Shown in pieces: positions 26,189 to 38,387 of a stretch of DNA of 64,000 bases. The stretch covers positions 78,071 through 142,070 of the forward strand of contig NIVC01002769.1 in the NCBI GenBank assembly GCA_002269645.1. Reading direction: 5' to 3'. The translations under genes were made by a program, and so were the position numbers. The stretch is from Macrostomum lignano (taxonomy: Eukaryota). Numbering within the stretch: the first letter of the stretch is position 1; each line of letters begins with the position of its first letter. A model generated the notes under the pieces. The model did not search any database and was not told the origin of the DNA. It was given only the letters and a program-made list of their open reading frames with translations.

Positions 26189-29100
26189 TCAGCAATCTGC
26201 TGTGATCTCGCGGACTTTTGATGACTCAGCGCGTTTTTTCTGCTGCTGATATTTCTCCTCCAGCCACTGAGGCACGTCACCGAACATCTTCGTGCTTTTT
26301 CTCAACAGCAGCCGCAGCAGCTCCACATCTTGGCAATTCGCTGCAGCAACCACCAGCTCCTGCTCGTCTGCATATTCCATGTGAGCCACATGCCGGATCC
26401 AGCGTTGAGCATCTGAGTCTCCTGTACCCAACAACTCAAAGCGGAGCGCTTGCAGCAGAGCGTCGAAGTTTACAAAGAAGTAGGTGTTGTAGTTCTCTAA
26501 TTCGAGGGGGATGTAATTGAGGATCACAGCAGTGCTATCTGAAATCGGTAGCTTAGGCCGCTTGCGAAGCCAAAAGCAGAACTTCCACGCGGAGTCTCGG
26601 CTCGTCAGGTGCTCCCTCACGAATTCCGTAGTCGCCTCACTCGCCGACCCCTCAGCGGGCCAGTCGATGCCTCTGCTTGCGCTGAACGGCCCGCAGTCGC
26701 TCACGACTTTCGCTGCAGCATCTCGGTCGCCGAACTTCAGGTAGCTCAGCGCTCTGAGAGACTCTCGCGCTGAGCGGGCGCAGTCTGGCAGCTTGTCGAT
26801 CAGCTCCGAGAGACGCTGTCGGGACTCTGTGCTTCGGTCTTGGTCCGACACTCCGAGAAGCGACTCTCTCACGATGTCGTAGATCTCGTGGTACTCGCAG
26901 GTCTTCGCCGTTGACACCGGTTTATCAAACTGCATGAGCGGCAGAATGAGGAACGGGTAGAAGTGGAATCGGCCCGAGTCGGTGACGGGTCGCAGGCTGT
27001 CCTCGAACTCCAGCAGCAGCTCAGGCAGCCTATCGATCGCATCTTTCACTGCATCGGCTGCCTCAGTCAACGCTTGAATCGCCTTCTCAGCTGATGAGGT
27101 GTCCACGCCTCTCAGGTACACAGCGGCATCGCGAAGGAAAAAGTGGTCCATGATCCTGGCGTCAGGTCTGCCTGATCTGCAGTCGCTCTCAAGCATCTGC
27201 AGCGAGCGTCTGGTGAGACTCACGAGATTCCGGGGGTCGTTCCACTGCTCAACCGGTGTCTGGTCGAGCATTCGGAACGCGATGGTTTTTGCGTGATACG
27301 ACTTGAAGCCGTTGTGCCGGACGGCCTTCTTCAGCAGCCACTTGAGCGTGACGAACAGCTGGCCCTGCAGAGTGCTGACACTCCGCAGCAGCCGCCTCTC
27401 CAGGAAGCTGGTGCTCACTCGGAGCTGCTGGCCTTCTTTTCCGGGAGGCGCTGCGTGCACCACGTGACAGGGCGATAAGGCAGAGGTGAGATCGTGCTCT
27501 AGCAAACGCAAAACGGACTTGGGGATGTTGGAGACTCTGTTGGTGGCAAGTGGCGCGATAGGCGGGTAGCGGCAGAGGCGGCGGGCCTCAACAATGTCTA
27601 CAGCCGGTCTCAGGATGGAGCCATTGTACTGAGTAGCTGGCCTGGATGCTGCAAGCGTAGTTTTGCGAGTGTAAAGAGCGTTAAAAATAACATTTTTCGT
27701 AAATCTCTCTTATAATTTTTTATTCTTTCTAATAATGAAGTTGCCGAAGTTTAGGACGAACTACTGTGTTAATATCATCTTCCTCCAGTGTTTTATGGAG
27801 CATGCCAATCATTTATTGAGCTATCCTTTATTGCTTTTATTCCTTAGAATGCCGGGTAGGTGAAAAAGCAACTCTCACCGAAACCAGGGCAGAATACGTG
27901 TCCATTGCTGTACTTCAAAGTCTCAGCAGCCGTCTCTTCAGAGCACTCGCACACATCCTTCGCGTGCAACGAGATGCCTCTGTGCAGCTGCATGGCATCG
28001 ATGTCGGACTCCACGCCAGTTCTGCCATCCAGCGAGACCAGGCTGTTCCCCCAGCCCTCGGAGAAGCTGCCCACCAAATAATAGTTATCTTTCTTTTGCC
28101 TTTTCCTCAGAATATCCTGCAGGACATCAGCCACAGCGCTCTGCAAGGCGGCTCTCGAGTCCACGAATCCCGACCGAAAGAGCTTCGAGTGCAGCTGCTG
28201 GCTGAGGTCCGAGTCGCTGATAGGAGCTCTGAATGAAGAGTTTCGTAACTTTTAGTGCATACTATGCGGAAATTTTATTTTGTGAAAGGGATTAAAGCTA
28301 TCAATATTATTTTACACTGCATGTGAACCAGGAGCAATCGTCAAGTAAAAATATTTTTGCGGTGGCAGTTGTTACAATTCCTCATTTTGTTAAAAGTTTG
28401 CTGGGCATATAATAGGGTGTAGGGCACATTTGGCTGCCTTATTACGATTTGAGGGGTTTCATTATTTTGCATTATATATTCACGATATACAGAAAGTTCT
28501 CGCGGTTTCCGAAGTTACGGTTTGTAAGCCGTACATAAATTTCTAAAGGCTTCCAGAGGGTTTGGTGTGCAGAGGTATACAAATGTCTTTGACTGACGCA
28601 GAGCAAGCCAAATTTAAGTTTCAGCTACTGTGCCACAGTACCATTACATTAACTTAAAGTACTTTATTTCATTGAAGGCTTCAAAAACCACGAGAACTTT
28701 TTGCTTAACCCATTATTTTGCTCGAAACAAAGGAACTTGCAACTTTATGTTAAATTAACTGAATTCAAATGATCTCAGTTCTTGAGTTAAGTTATGTTAT
28801 GTTATGTTATGTTATGTTATTTTCGCAACATAACAGTTCTTGAGTCGAGCACATACCTTTTATTTGGTGGTTGCAGGCTTGCTCCCCGATTGCCATGCAG
28901 TGCACGCTGCAAAATCTCTACAGATTTTTCGCTACCAAAGTCCCGAGCGCGCTCAAGAGCCGATTGAATCGAATGCTGAGAGTCGTCGATTACTCGTATG
29001 TGGGAGCTGAGCAGCAACTCGACGATGAGATAGTGGTCATTTTGTGAGGCAATGTAGAGAAGCGACTTGCCTGAGCTAATTTCAACATTGACGTGGGGTT

Positions 29101-29980
29101 GAGCATCAATGAGCAATTTAGCTACGAGATGGCGGCCTTGCTGAGCTGCAATGTAAAGAGGCGACTCGCCGGTGTCTCGACGAAGGCTGACGTCGGCTTG
29201 CGCTTTGATGAGTGAGTCCACTACAAGATGGTGACCGTTACGGGATGCAATGTAGAGAGGTGACTCGCCATTGTCTTGTTGAAGGTTGACGTCGGCTTGT
29301 GCTTCAATAAGCGAGTAGACCACCTTATTACGACCAAAGCGAGATGCAATGAAAAGAGGTGAAGAACCAGTTCTGCGTTGAAGATTGACATCGGCACCTG
29401 CTTTGATGAGCGAATTGACCACGTCGAGATGACCGTACTGTGATGCGATGTAGATAGGTGCTTCACCAGGCATTCGCTGAAGATTGACGTCGGCCATTTC
29501 CTTGATGAGCAAATCGACTACGATATGATGACCGTTGCAGGATGCAATGTACAGAGGTGAGGCACCAGTTCTTCGTTGAAGATTGACGTTAGCTTCTGCT
29601 TGAAGGAGCAGTTGAACCACCCGGTAGCAACCAAATTTTGATCCGATGTAGAGAGGCGTCTCACCGTCGTTGTTTTGTAGATCGACGTCAGCTCCAGCTT
29701 TGATCAGCGTCCGAACCGCCAGATGTTGGCCGTGCTCTGAAGCGAGGTGAAGTGCAGAGGATCCATCGCAGTTTCTCTGGTCGATATTCAAGTTCTCCTG
29801 AGCAAGTCTTAGCAAGATTTTGTCCCTCCCTAAGCAGCTCGCAAGCATAACTAGTGTGATCTCGGATTCATTCCAAGTGTAAAAGGTGTCAATATTGTGT
29901 CCACAAGATATGTAATTCTCAAGGGCTTGAATTTCGTTGGCTTCAATTGCGGAAATGATTGCAGCATTTTTGGGCTCCAT
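26189..29980 (-). CDS. Ankyrin-repeat cGAS-like receptor (cGLR / Mab21-family nucleotidyltransferase), 977 aa; exons 29980-28857, 28228-27879, 27648-26189
   Basis: Exon 1 has about 9 ankyrin repeats ([24 protein letters not shown]). Exon 2 has NTase LVGSFSEG...ESDIDAM. Exon 3 has PAVDIVEA plus Mab21 C-lobe [35 protein letters not shown]. Donor AG|GTATGT and acceptor TTCAG|A (phase 2), donor G|GTGAGA and acceptor TTGCAG|CA (phase 1) give a stop-free 2934-nt CDS. Confidence 0.88.
28791..28820 (+). repeat. (GTTAT)6 microsatellite in cGLR intron 1
   Basis: Six exact copies. Confidence 0.9.
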
Positions 29981-30539
29981 TGCAACCTCCTTGATTGGCT
30001 CGCCGCTGCTAAAGAAGGACCAAAATTAGGCAGACAGCCCTGCAATAATTCGCTGCAACAACTTCAATGTCGAAAGGTACCGTGTTGAAATATTGACTAG
30101 TTAAAGACCTAGGTCTGGAGTTCTGCACAAATAAAAAGCAAATTGAGCTGTTCATAAAGTGAAAAGTCGGTCCTTATCTCTCCTTATCTTTAAATGCGAG
30201 CTACGTCACAGTGTTCGCTCACTGTACAACAGACATTTAGCTAATATGGAATGCGGACGCAGATCGAAGAAGACGAATAACATTATAACATTTAGCTCGT
30301 AGCTATTACTGTGTTGGTTTGTGACTGGTCTTGACTAGTCAATAACCAGTTTTAAACCCCTCTCCCTCTGTCCGTGCTGTGTGGGGGGGGGGGTGCTTGG
30401 CTCTGCGTGCGTCGGGTGGTGGCCTGGTGGGGTGGGCTTTAGCCTCTGCGCCGTCGCCCCTTTTATTGGCGTCTCACTCAGTTGAATCTGCGTTTTCGGC
30501 TGCCTGCATGAGCTCAATTTTTTTAGCTCTAAGATTTTT

Positions 30540-32021
30540 TCATCTGGCACCATTTCTGACCTAAACCGGTTAACAGTAGCCCAACTGCGAGTGGCCCTAA
30601 GAGACAATGGCCTACCGGTTTCGGGAAACAAGCAAGAGCTTGTTGAGCGGCTTCAAGCTGCTCCACCACAGCCAGGCGACGCCGAAGTCCCAGACTATGC
30701 AGAAGGGGACGAAGCAGATACTGCGATAAATCAGCTGCTGAACGGGGAAAAATCGGAGAATATTGACGCCACGGTCGCCACGAACATTGCCCAAGAGAGC
30801 CGACTTGATAGCGAAATTCAGCAAGCTAGGTCGCGGATCGAGCTGCTAAAACTGAAGAAGCGAGAGGCGCAACTCCGGCAGGAAATCGGTCTGCATGCCG
30901 CCGCCACAGCTGAAGAGGTCGACCCGATTTCGGCACTTTTTGGCTCGCTTTCAGCGAAGGCGCGGCCGGCTCGACGCCCTCTGCTCATCCCGAACTTCGT
31001 GGATGGTAGACGGGATCAGATGACAGGGCTGACGCATGATCGCGACCGGGGCGCGGCGAAGAGCGGTGCGTCCAGCCTCGACAGCATCAGCACTGGGCAA
31101 TGGATCGCTGCTAACGCCAGAATAATGCTGCAGCTGCTTGAGTCCAACCAGCTCGTCTCAAAAGGAAGCGATGGAAGCATCGATGTGCGGCGCTTGAAAG
31201 CTTACCTCAATTTCAACATACATATCGGCTAGCTCATGGAAGCAGACTACGATTGGAATGTCGTCCTACGATACGATCAGGACATGCGTCTGTTACAGCA
31301 CGAGCGGCAAAGAGACTGGGACAGCCCAGACCTCCATATCTTAATCAAGCACATGACTGCGCCTAAGAACCTGCGAAAGACAGGCAGCAAAAAGTCTTCC
31401 AGATGAAGCCAAGCAACATCATGAGGCCAGACGATTTGCGGCCTCTTCAACAGCAACCGTGACTGCCAGAAGCAGCCTTACAACTTCGCACATGTCTGCC
31501 GCATCTGTGAGGCTCCGCACCCGGCCCATCAGCACCAGCACAACAATGGTTCGGGTCCAAAAAACTGATTGACCTCCGCCTCGCCTGCTGCCTTGCCTGC
31601 TCCGTCTTTAACTTCGTCACCCAACTCGCCTACAGCTTCATTCTTATCCATCTCGCCTCATCCGTCATCGGCTACTGCCGCGCCTGGTGGTGCCATTGCT
31701 GCCTCCAGATCGTCTAACCCGCCAACCCCGCCGCCAGCCCAGCTGCCAGCTCAGCCGCCAGCCCAGTCACCGGTCTCGACCTGGTCGCTTTCGCCATCAG
31801 CTTCGGAGCCTGTTCTAGCCAACGATCCGGATGCGGAGTTTTTCCGTACTGGCCTGCGCAATGGATTCCTCATCGTCAACAAGCCAGCTCAATCGGCCTC
31901 CGAATTCAGCATCTACGAATCCGCTCTTTGTGAGGACACCTACCAGCTGGTTGAGTCTCAGATCAGAGAGGAACTTGAGACTGGCCGCTATGTGTGCGCT
32001 TCAGAGTTGAGCTCTTTAAAC
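30540..32021 (+). mobile_element. Degenerate, 3'-truncated DIRS/Ngaro-like (tyrosine recombinase) retrotransposon: gag plus start of RT ORF
   Basis: N-terminal SAP motif LTVAQLRVALRDNGLPVSGNKQELVERL; gag core QWIAANARI...YDWNVVLRYDQDMR (past an in-frame TAG at 31230); Cys/His knuckle ICGLFN...FAHVCRICEAPHPAH; pol start DPDAEFFRTGLRNGF...VESQIREELETGR; cut at about 32021. Confidence 0.6.
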
Positions 32022-32129
32022 GCTGTCGTTCGAAAGTGGCAAGTCTCTTCTTTATAATGACTCAACCGCGATTGATTTGAATGTGTATTTTACGAGATAT
32101 GTGCACTTGAGTAGAGAGAGATCGGTCAT
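32022..32129 (+). repeat. Left arm of an inverted repeat pair of about 108 bp (partner 33892-33999)
   Basis: GCTGTCGTTCGAAAGTGGCAAGTCT...GAGATATGTGCACTTGAGTAGAGAGAGATCGGTCAT matches the reverse complement of 33892-33999 at roughly 85% by eye. Confidence 0.85.
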
Positions 32130-32267
32130 GTATCCCCCACTTGCCCCGGGCGAACGTCTATGGTCTCAGTGTAAACTTCATTTATTTGCATCGGTGCAAA
32201 TAAACGGTTTATTTCACTCGCCCAAAGACAATATTAAAACGCTGCTTCTAACTGCTCACTTGGCTAC

Positions 32268-32907
<640 letters not shown>

Positions 32908-33449
32908 TTTAAAGTACTTTAATTTTGCGGGATGTATTCAGATAAATCCCGGAGCCATACTTGTATGTCTATGGTTGAAGTTGGGGATGGGGTGTGGGGG
33001 CGAAGCCCCTGCTGGGGGTGTGGGAGCGAAGCCGCCACATTCTTACCATAGAAAAAATTTCATTAAGAAATTTCCCGAGTCACGAAGAAGAGAAGAGAGA
33101 AGCTCGCTTATTTAGATACATACAATGTATGATAATCGAGAGGTCACGCTTCACACAATAATCCTTGCAATATGTCAGGGAAAGTGATCGATTAAATCCT
33201 GCAAAACAAAATCTATGTCAAACACCTACCTGAAAGTGAGCTTTAAAGTGGTTTAAAGAAGCTTAAATACGAGCGTACCTGCTAAAATTAGCATTCTGCT
33301 CAATGACGAATCGATATTTTTGCATGCATGTAGTTGTTTTGTGGTCAAATATGGCACAGTGAAGAGTTTTCTCAAAAGAATACGGCTGCACCAGTTGTGT
33401 CAAAATTTTTCACTGTTGCTCAAGTTTGATCCACCAATTGTCAAATGGA

Positions 33450-33860
33450 CGTGCATTCAAAGACGGTAGCGACATGCCATCTTTACACTTTAGAGCTCCG
33501 GATGCAAAGCAGCTGACATTCACAAGCAACTCTGAACTGCGCAAGGCGACCATTCCGTCAGCACGATGACAGTAAACAGAGGGTGAACGAGTTCAGGGGT
33601 GGAAGAACTGACATGAACTGGAACTGAACTGACTGAAGGTCAGGACGCTCTGAGATCCATATCAGCGGCGGCCTCGTCTCGGATCCATTTTCGACTTGAT
33701 TGATGAAGACAGCCATCAAAGCATCCGCGAAATAGCCGATAGACGATGATTGCTTGAAGTTCACAGTTTACAAGTGTCTGCAGAAGATTATTCATGCCAA
33801 GCTGAGTGCCCGTTGGGTTCCCTGACGACTCTCTGAGGACATGAAACTGTATCGTCTGTA
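33450..33860 (+). mobile_element. Mariner transposase remnant (HTH region to WVP motif)
   Basis: DLIDEDSHQSIREIADR and KLSARWVP*RLSEDMK resemble mariner LI.EDRR.T.REIA and ARWVPHEL; stops and frameshifts present. Confidence 0.55.
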
Positions 33861-33891
33861 CAGAAGGCTTGTGTCTAGGTTCTGTAAGTCT

Positions 33892-33999
33892 ATGACCGAT
33901 CTCCCTCTATTCAAGTGCACATATCTCTTAAAATACAAATCCAGATCAATCGCGGTTGAAGTCATTATAAAGAATAGACTTGCCGCTTTCAAACGACAC
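33892..33999 (-). repeat. Right arm of the 108-bp inverted repeat pair
   Basis: Reverse complement of 32022-32129. Confidence 0.85.
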
Positions 34000-34304
34000 C
34001 AAATTTATGTCAATGCAGCTTACCAAACGTCCGCAACAAGTAAAAGTAACACTACTTTCCGGACACCCCTCGTAATTGAGCAATTAGGAATCAGGATAAA
34101 TCAACGCAACGACCGCGCGCTTATTTTTTTATAATTGGATCACAACACAAATTACCTTATGATCGATAAGTTTCGTTACACAAAGAATATTTGTTTGTAT
34201 AGACGTTTACTTATACTAGAGTAGTAAGAAAACTGCTCGCTTTATTAAAACTTGTAAATTAGTAAAACGGCCCTTTTTAAAGGGCCCCTTTGTCACACAC
34301 AACA
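34000..34304 (-). mobile_element. Short repeat / LTR-like fragment related to 2257-2570
   Basis: Minus-strand start TGTTGTGTGTGACAAAGGGGCCCTTTAAAAAGGGCCGTTTTACT resembles the start of the insertion at 2257. The left boundary is approximate. Confidence 0.4.
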
Positions 34305-34959
34305 TTTGCTATTCGTCCATGTTGACAGTTTCCCATCATTTTGCTATTCTTCATTTTAGCGGTAATGCCAACCTCACTATAAACTGTGTCCCCGACTATA
34401 GTCTCGAGATGATGGAGTCTGGGCGATTGCTGGCTGCCTATACCCATGCAGCTCTGTGCGGGCTCCACTACTGTCTATATTTTTGCTAACTTGTAGAACT
34501 TAAAGATCTGAGTTTGACCTCTTGATTAGACTTCGGTCCAAGGATCCCATGTTCCAGGAAACGAATTCCAACCATGCTTTCAACATTGGCTACACAAAAG
34601 AAAATGTGTGGCGGTGCTTCGCTGTGTTCCAAGGCCAACTAGCTCGTAATCTTATTTGAAGCATTGTGGTATCGTTGCATATTTTGTTGATTTCTACTGC
34701 GTGAGCATCTATGGACCTTGTCGTGTTAAGATGAAATCCCAGGGTTCTACAAGCTGACCCAGCGGGAACAGCTGTTTTTTCTCCCTGAATAGTACTGCAT
34801 ACCTGAATTGAGGAATTGTATTTTGTTAGCAAAGTAATTTTTTCAAGTTATTTCACTTCAAGACGACTCATCAGATTTTTTTCAAGCATCGGAACGCGAC
34901 CATGTATTTAAAGAGGGTTTTAAAACAATTTAAACGATCAACTTTGACCTAGAAATTAG

Positions 34960-35450
34960 GTTCCAGACTATAATGCTCCAACGAAACGGTTACTCTTCAG
35001 CCTATATCCACACCACAATATCCACAAATTCATTTCTGAAAGACTGCTGTGTTGACCAGATCAACTGCTCGGTTGACCAGAGCGTCTCCTACGTACGTGG
35101 GGAAGACCAAAAGACACCTGCACACTAGAACCATGGAGCACTGGCTCAAACCGTCGGCCATCCAAACCCACCTTTTGGAATGTAACAGCTGCTCCAATTG
35201 TAAACCTGAAGAACGCTTTAAAATCATCGATCAAGGCCCATCTGATCACAAGCTCAAGATCTTCAGAAGCCTTGTACATGAAAAACCAGTCGCCCACCCT
35301 TAATACGCAACTTCAACATAGTGGTGCAGGCCATGTGCTCCGTGTATTTGAGTGAGAGAGCACTGACCATGTTGTAACCAGTGCTCATTCAATTATATTA
35401 ATTGTTTTCTGCTCATTGGTCTTCGCCCCGCCCTACAGACTATCAACCTC
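34960..35450 (+). mobile_element. Penelope-like retroelement 3' fragment (GIY-YIG endonuclease)
   Basis: L.RNGYS..YI (C-terminal RT/linker) followed by YVGKTKRHLHTRTMEH...SAIQTHLLEC...FKII, the typical GIY-YIG tail; deleted and frameshifted. Confidence 0.65.
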
Positions 35451-35554
35451 CAACTACTTTGTACACACAAAATACTTACTGACCAGCTACATATGTTTCA
35501 TTGACAAATAATTTATAAATTCGCTTACTCACACCTTTCGTTTCAAACAATATA

Positions 35555-36169
35555 CACTCAGCAACAGTCAAAACCGCCACCCTACCGAGAGGCGACTTCT
35601 CTCTCACCTCAACTGCAAGTGACGTAACTTGCCCCACGGCGTGGCTAAAGCTGGGTGAGAGTGAATTCCAGGGTGAGAGTACAAAAGGGACTGGGGTTGG
35701 AGTTGGGGGTGCAACAGTACACGTGACAATGGTCAGGCATATGACAGACGCTGAACGATGCCGCGCTGTTGGCATGCTAGAAGCTGGTGCATTTATCAGC
35801 GCAGTTGCGCCAATTTGGCCGATCACGTTCAACAATTCGAGCGCTGTTAACGAAGTGTCAAGATACTGGTAGTGTTCAGCACGCAGCCATAGGCAGTCAG
35901 CGCCATGATCTCCGCGGCTCAACAGCCAGGGCAAATCGACGTCTGCTGTGGATTTTCAGGCGAACTTCGACCGCGCCAGCCACCCTGCTCCGTCTAATGT
36001 GGGATGAAAGAAGCAGATGGGGCATCCCCTGCATCCCCTGATTGCCCTCTCCTGCATTCACTCTCACCCAGCTTTATCCACGCCGTGGTGCAAGTTGCGT
36101 CACTTGCCGTTGAGGTGAGAGAGAAGTCGCCTCTCTCGGTAGGGTGGCGGTTTTGACTGTTGCTGAGTG
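35555..36169 (+). mobile_element. Non-autonomous Tc1-type element, 615 bp, TIRs of about 125 bp, TA TSD
   Basis: TA|CACTCAGCAACAGTCAAAACCGCCACCCT ... AGGGTGGCGGTTTTGACTGTTGCTGAGTG|TA; internal N-terminal HTH remnant MVRHMTDAERCRAVGMLEAG...TIRALLTKCQDTGSV. Confidence 0.9.
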
Positions 36170-36705
36170 TACCTGACGATGCACCTTGGTGTGCGAAACG
36201 CGTCGTACAGTAACAACCTGACATGTTGATTTTCGGCTTTCTCTTCGAACAAAAACACTGGCAACAAATTAAACTTAACGAATTGTGACACCTAATCCCG
36301 ATGTATTTGGGCTGAATAAATAGAAGAATAAATATTGGAACACAGCAGACAATAAATAAAGTATTGGCTAAGCACTCCATGACCCGGTCAAGTCTCAAAT
36401 CGTAAATTAATAATTTTGGCGTGACAGAACAAAACAATATAATATCGGACAATAGACAGGTAAACAGGTAAGTGGAGGCGTTACGCTCACAAGGACTACC
36501 AATAAGTTACCATTGTATCAGGACGTAAAACTCGTAAATAGTGCAGAAATATTTGAAGGCACGCTTGTTTACGTACGCGTATTTTTAGTGATGCTTGCCT
36601 TCTATTTGACTGCTTTAGGGAAACCTACGCTAGCTTGTGCCACAGAAACTCCAAGACAGGTGGTGTATTTATGATTGCCTAAGGCTTTAACCTGACTAAT
36701 CTATA

Positions 36706-37456
36706 TATAGCATTTTGCAGCCCATTTGGGCTTACGCGCATTTAATTTAATCCAAGATACGTTTGCCAATGTAACAGAGCATTTGTCTATGGTAGCAAGG
36801 CTGGCGCAGCGGCATTCAATCCGGTCCAACAAGCATCCATTTGGTCCAAACACTCGTGAGCCATTGGACAAACTTTTGCCTTCTCTCAACCGTCTGCAGG
36901 TTGTTGCGCACCGCTGGAATGTCAGCGTCTCTAAGAAAAATTTTCAGTTGCTTTTCCAGAGCTCTGCTGATGGTCGAAATCTGATAACCAACTGGAGCTG
37001 TTCCCTCAACTTCTGCTGCATTTTCTGAAACGTCAACAAAGGGTTCGTCTCCACTGCATCGAGTAGCAGTTGGACCTGAGGCTCTCGAGCAACTTTCCTT
37101 GGCGATTGCCACCCTTTCGCAGGCAATCTCTGCCGGCAGAGTTTTAACGCGCTGCTGGATGCTGTACACCACCTTTTCTTTTACATTCAGCAACCTTGCG
37201 ATGTCCTTTGAGTGTTCACCTCCGTCGAGTGCTTCGATCACAAGCCAATGACATTCGTTCAACAGCCTAGCATATGGTCCACAATTCTGGGACTGAGCTG
37301 CAAATGAACTAAATGGACCAAATTGATGCTTGTTGGACCAAATCAAATGCCGTTGTGCCAGCCTTGCTACCATAGACAAAAGCTCCGTTACTTTGACAAA
37401 CATATCTTGGATTAAATTCAATGCGCGTAAGCCCAAATGGGCTGCAAAAAGCTATA
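36706..37456 (-). mobile_element. Non-autonomous IS630-Tc1-mariner element, TIRs of about 145 bp
   Basis: Ends TATAGCATTTTGCAGCCCATTTGGGCTTACGCGCAT and its reverse complement. Frameshifted HTH (KDIARLLNV; DAVETNPLLT; ISTISRALEK...PAVRNNLQTVERRQKFVQW); no DDE region. Absent from the paralogous flank at about 57600-57650. Confidence 0.85.
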
Positions 37457-37594
37457 TTAAACATTATATACACAGCGGCGACTTCTAGTGGTCCTTGTGC
37501 GCAAACTGAAAATAGACCGACAAGCCTTCAGTACAAATTATAACAAAGTAAAATTATACGATGAAGGAAAAACACAGAAGCTAACGTAAATTGT

Positions 37595-37720
37595 AGAAAA
37601 AAACAGAAGTTAAGGGACATTGTAGAAAAAACAGTGCAGTTGAGGGACATTGTAAGAAAGTACACATCAGTTGAGGGACATTGTAGGAAAGTACACAGCA
37701 AATAAGGAAATTGTCGGAAA
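37595..37720 (+). repeat. Degenerate minisatellite of about 29 bp
   Basis: Unit like AGTTGAGGGACATTGTAG(A/G)AAAGTACAC, 4-5 copies. Confidence 0.65.
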
Positions 37721-38080
37721 AACACGACAGCCAAAGCCCGGTTTACTACGCCATCAAACGAGACCAATTTTTGCGAAATCACACTGCTTGTAATTTTTTC
37801 GTAGCACTATGTACCCCAATAATGCAATTTGATGGCTGATTTGATGGCGCTCTGAACAAGCCTGAATAAAATGAGGCTGCGACAGAACAGACGCAGATAG
37901 ATTGGGAATTTTACATACAGATATTCTGTATGCGAAAACCATGGTAGCGTGGAGTTGGGTTAAAAGTAGGAAAATCTTTTTTATGGAATATAGTAGTGGG
38001 TTCCGTCCAATTAATACCCATCAAAGCCCAATGAGTACTTCGGCTCAAGCTGTCAAATTTTTAATATTTTCCACAAATTA

Positions 38081-38387
38081 GGGGTTGTAGCCTAGTGGTT
38101 AGGGTGTCGGACTCACGACTTGAAGGTCGGGGGTTCGATTCCCGATCCCTCTGCAACAATTTGTGTCCTTGAGCAAGACACTTAACTCTGCGTTGCTTCA
38201 GTTTACCCAGCTGTAAAATGGGTACCAGCATTAGCTGGGGTAATTGAGGGTGTGTGTGGCGACCCCCCAGTCCTTGGACTGAACAGCCGTACGCAGCCTT
38301 CAGATGCGCCGCGCAATAGCTGCGGCTGAGCTGTCGGTTGCACATCTGCCCATTGGGCAGGTGTAATCAATTATTATTATTATTATT
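38081..38387 (+). mobile_element. tRNA-derived SINE with CORE/Deu-like central domain, (ATT)n tail and 8-bp TSD
   Basis: tRNA-like head with A box (TAGCCTAGTGG) and B box (GGTTCGATTCC); central GTGTCCTTGAGCAAGACACTTAAC...CAGCTGTAAAATGGGTAC; TSD ACAAATTA at 38073-38080 and 38388-38395; absent at the paralogous site near 58100. Confidence 0.88.

Noticed and set aside
38081-38152. Functional tRNA gene
   Set aside because: The tRNA-like head continues into a SINE core and (ATT)n tail, is flanked by a TSD, and is absent from the paralogous site.
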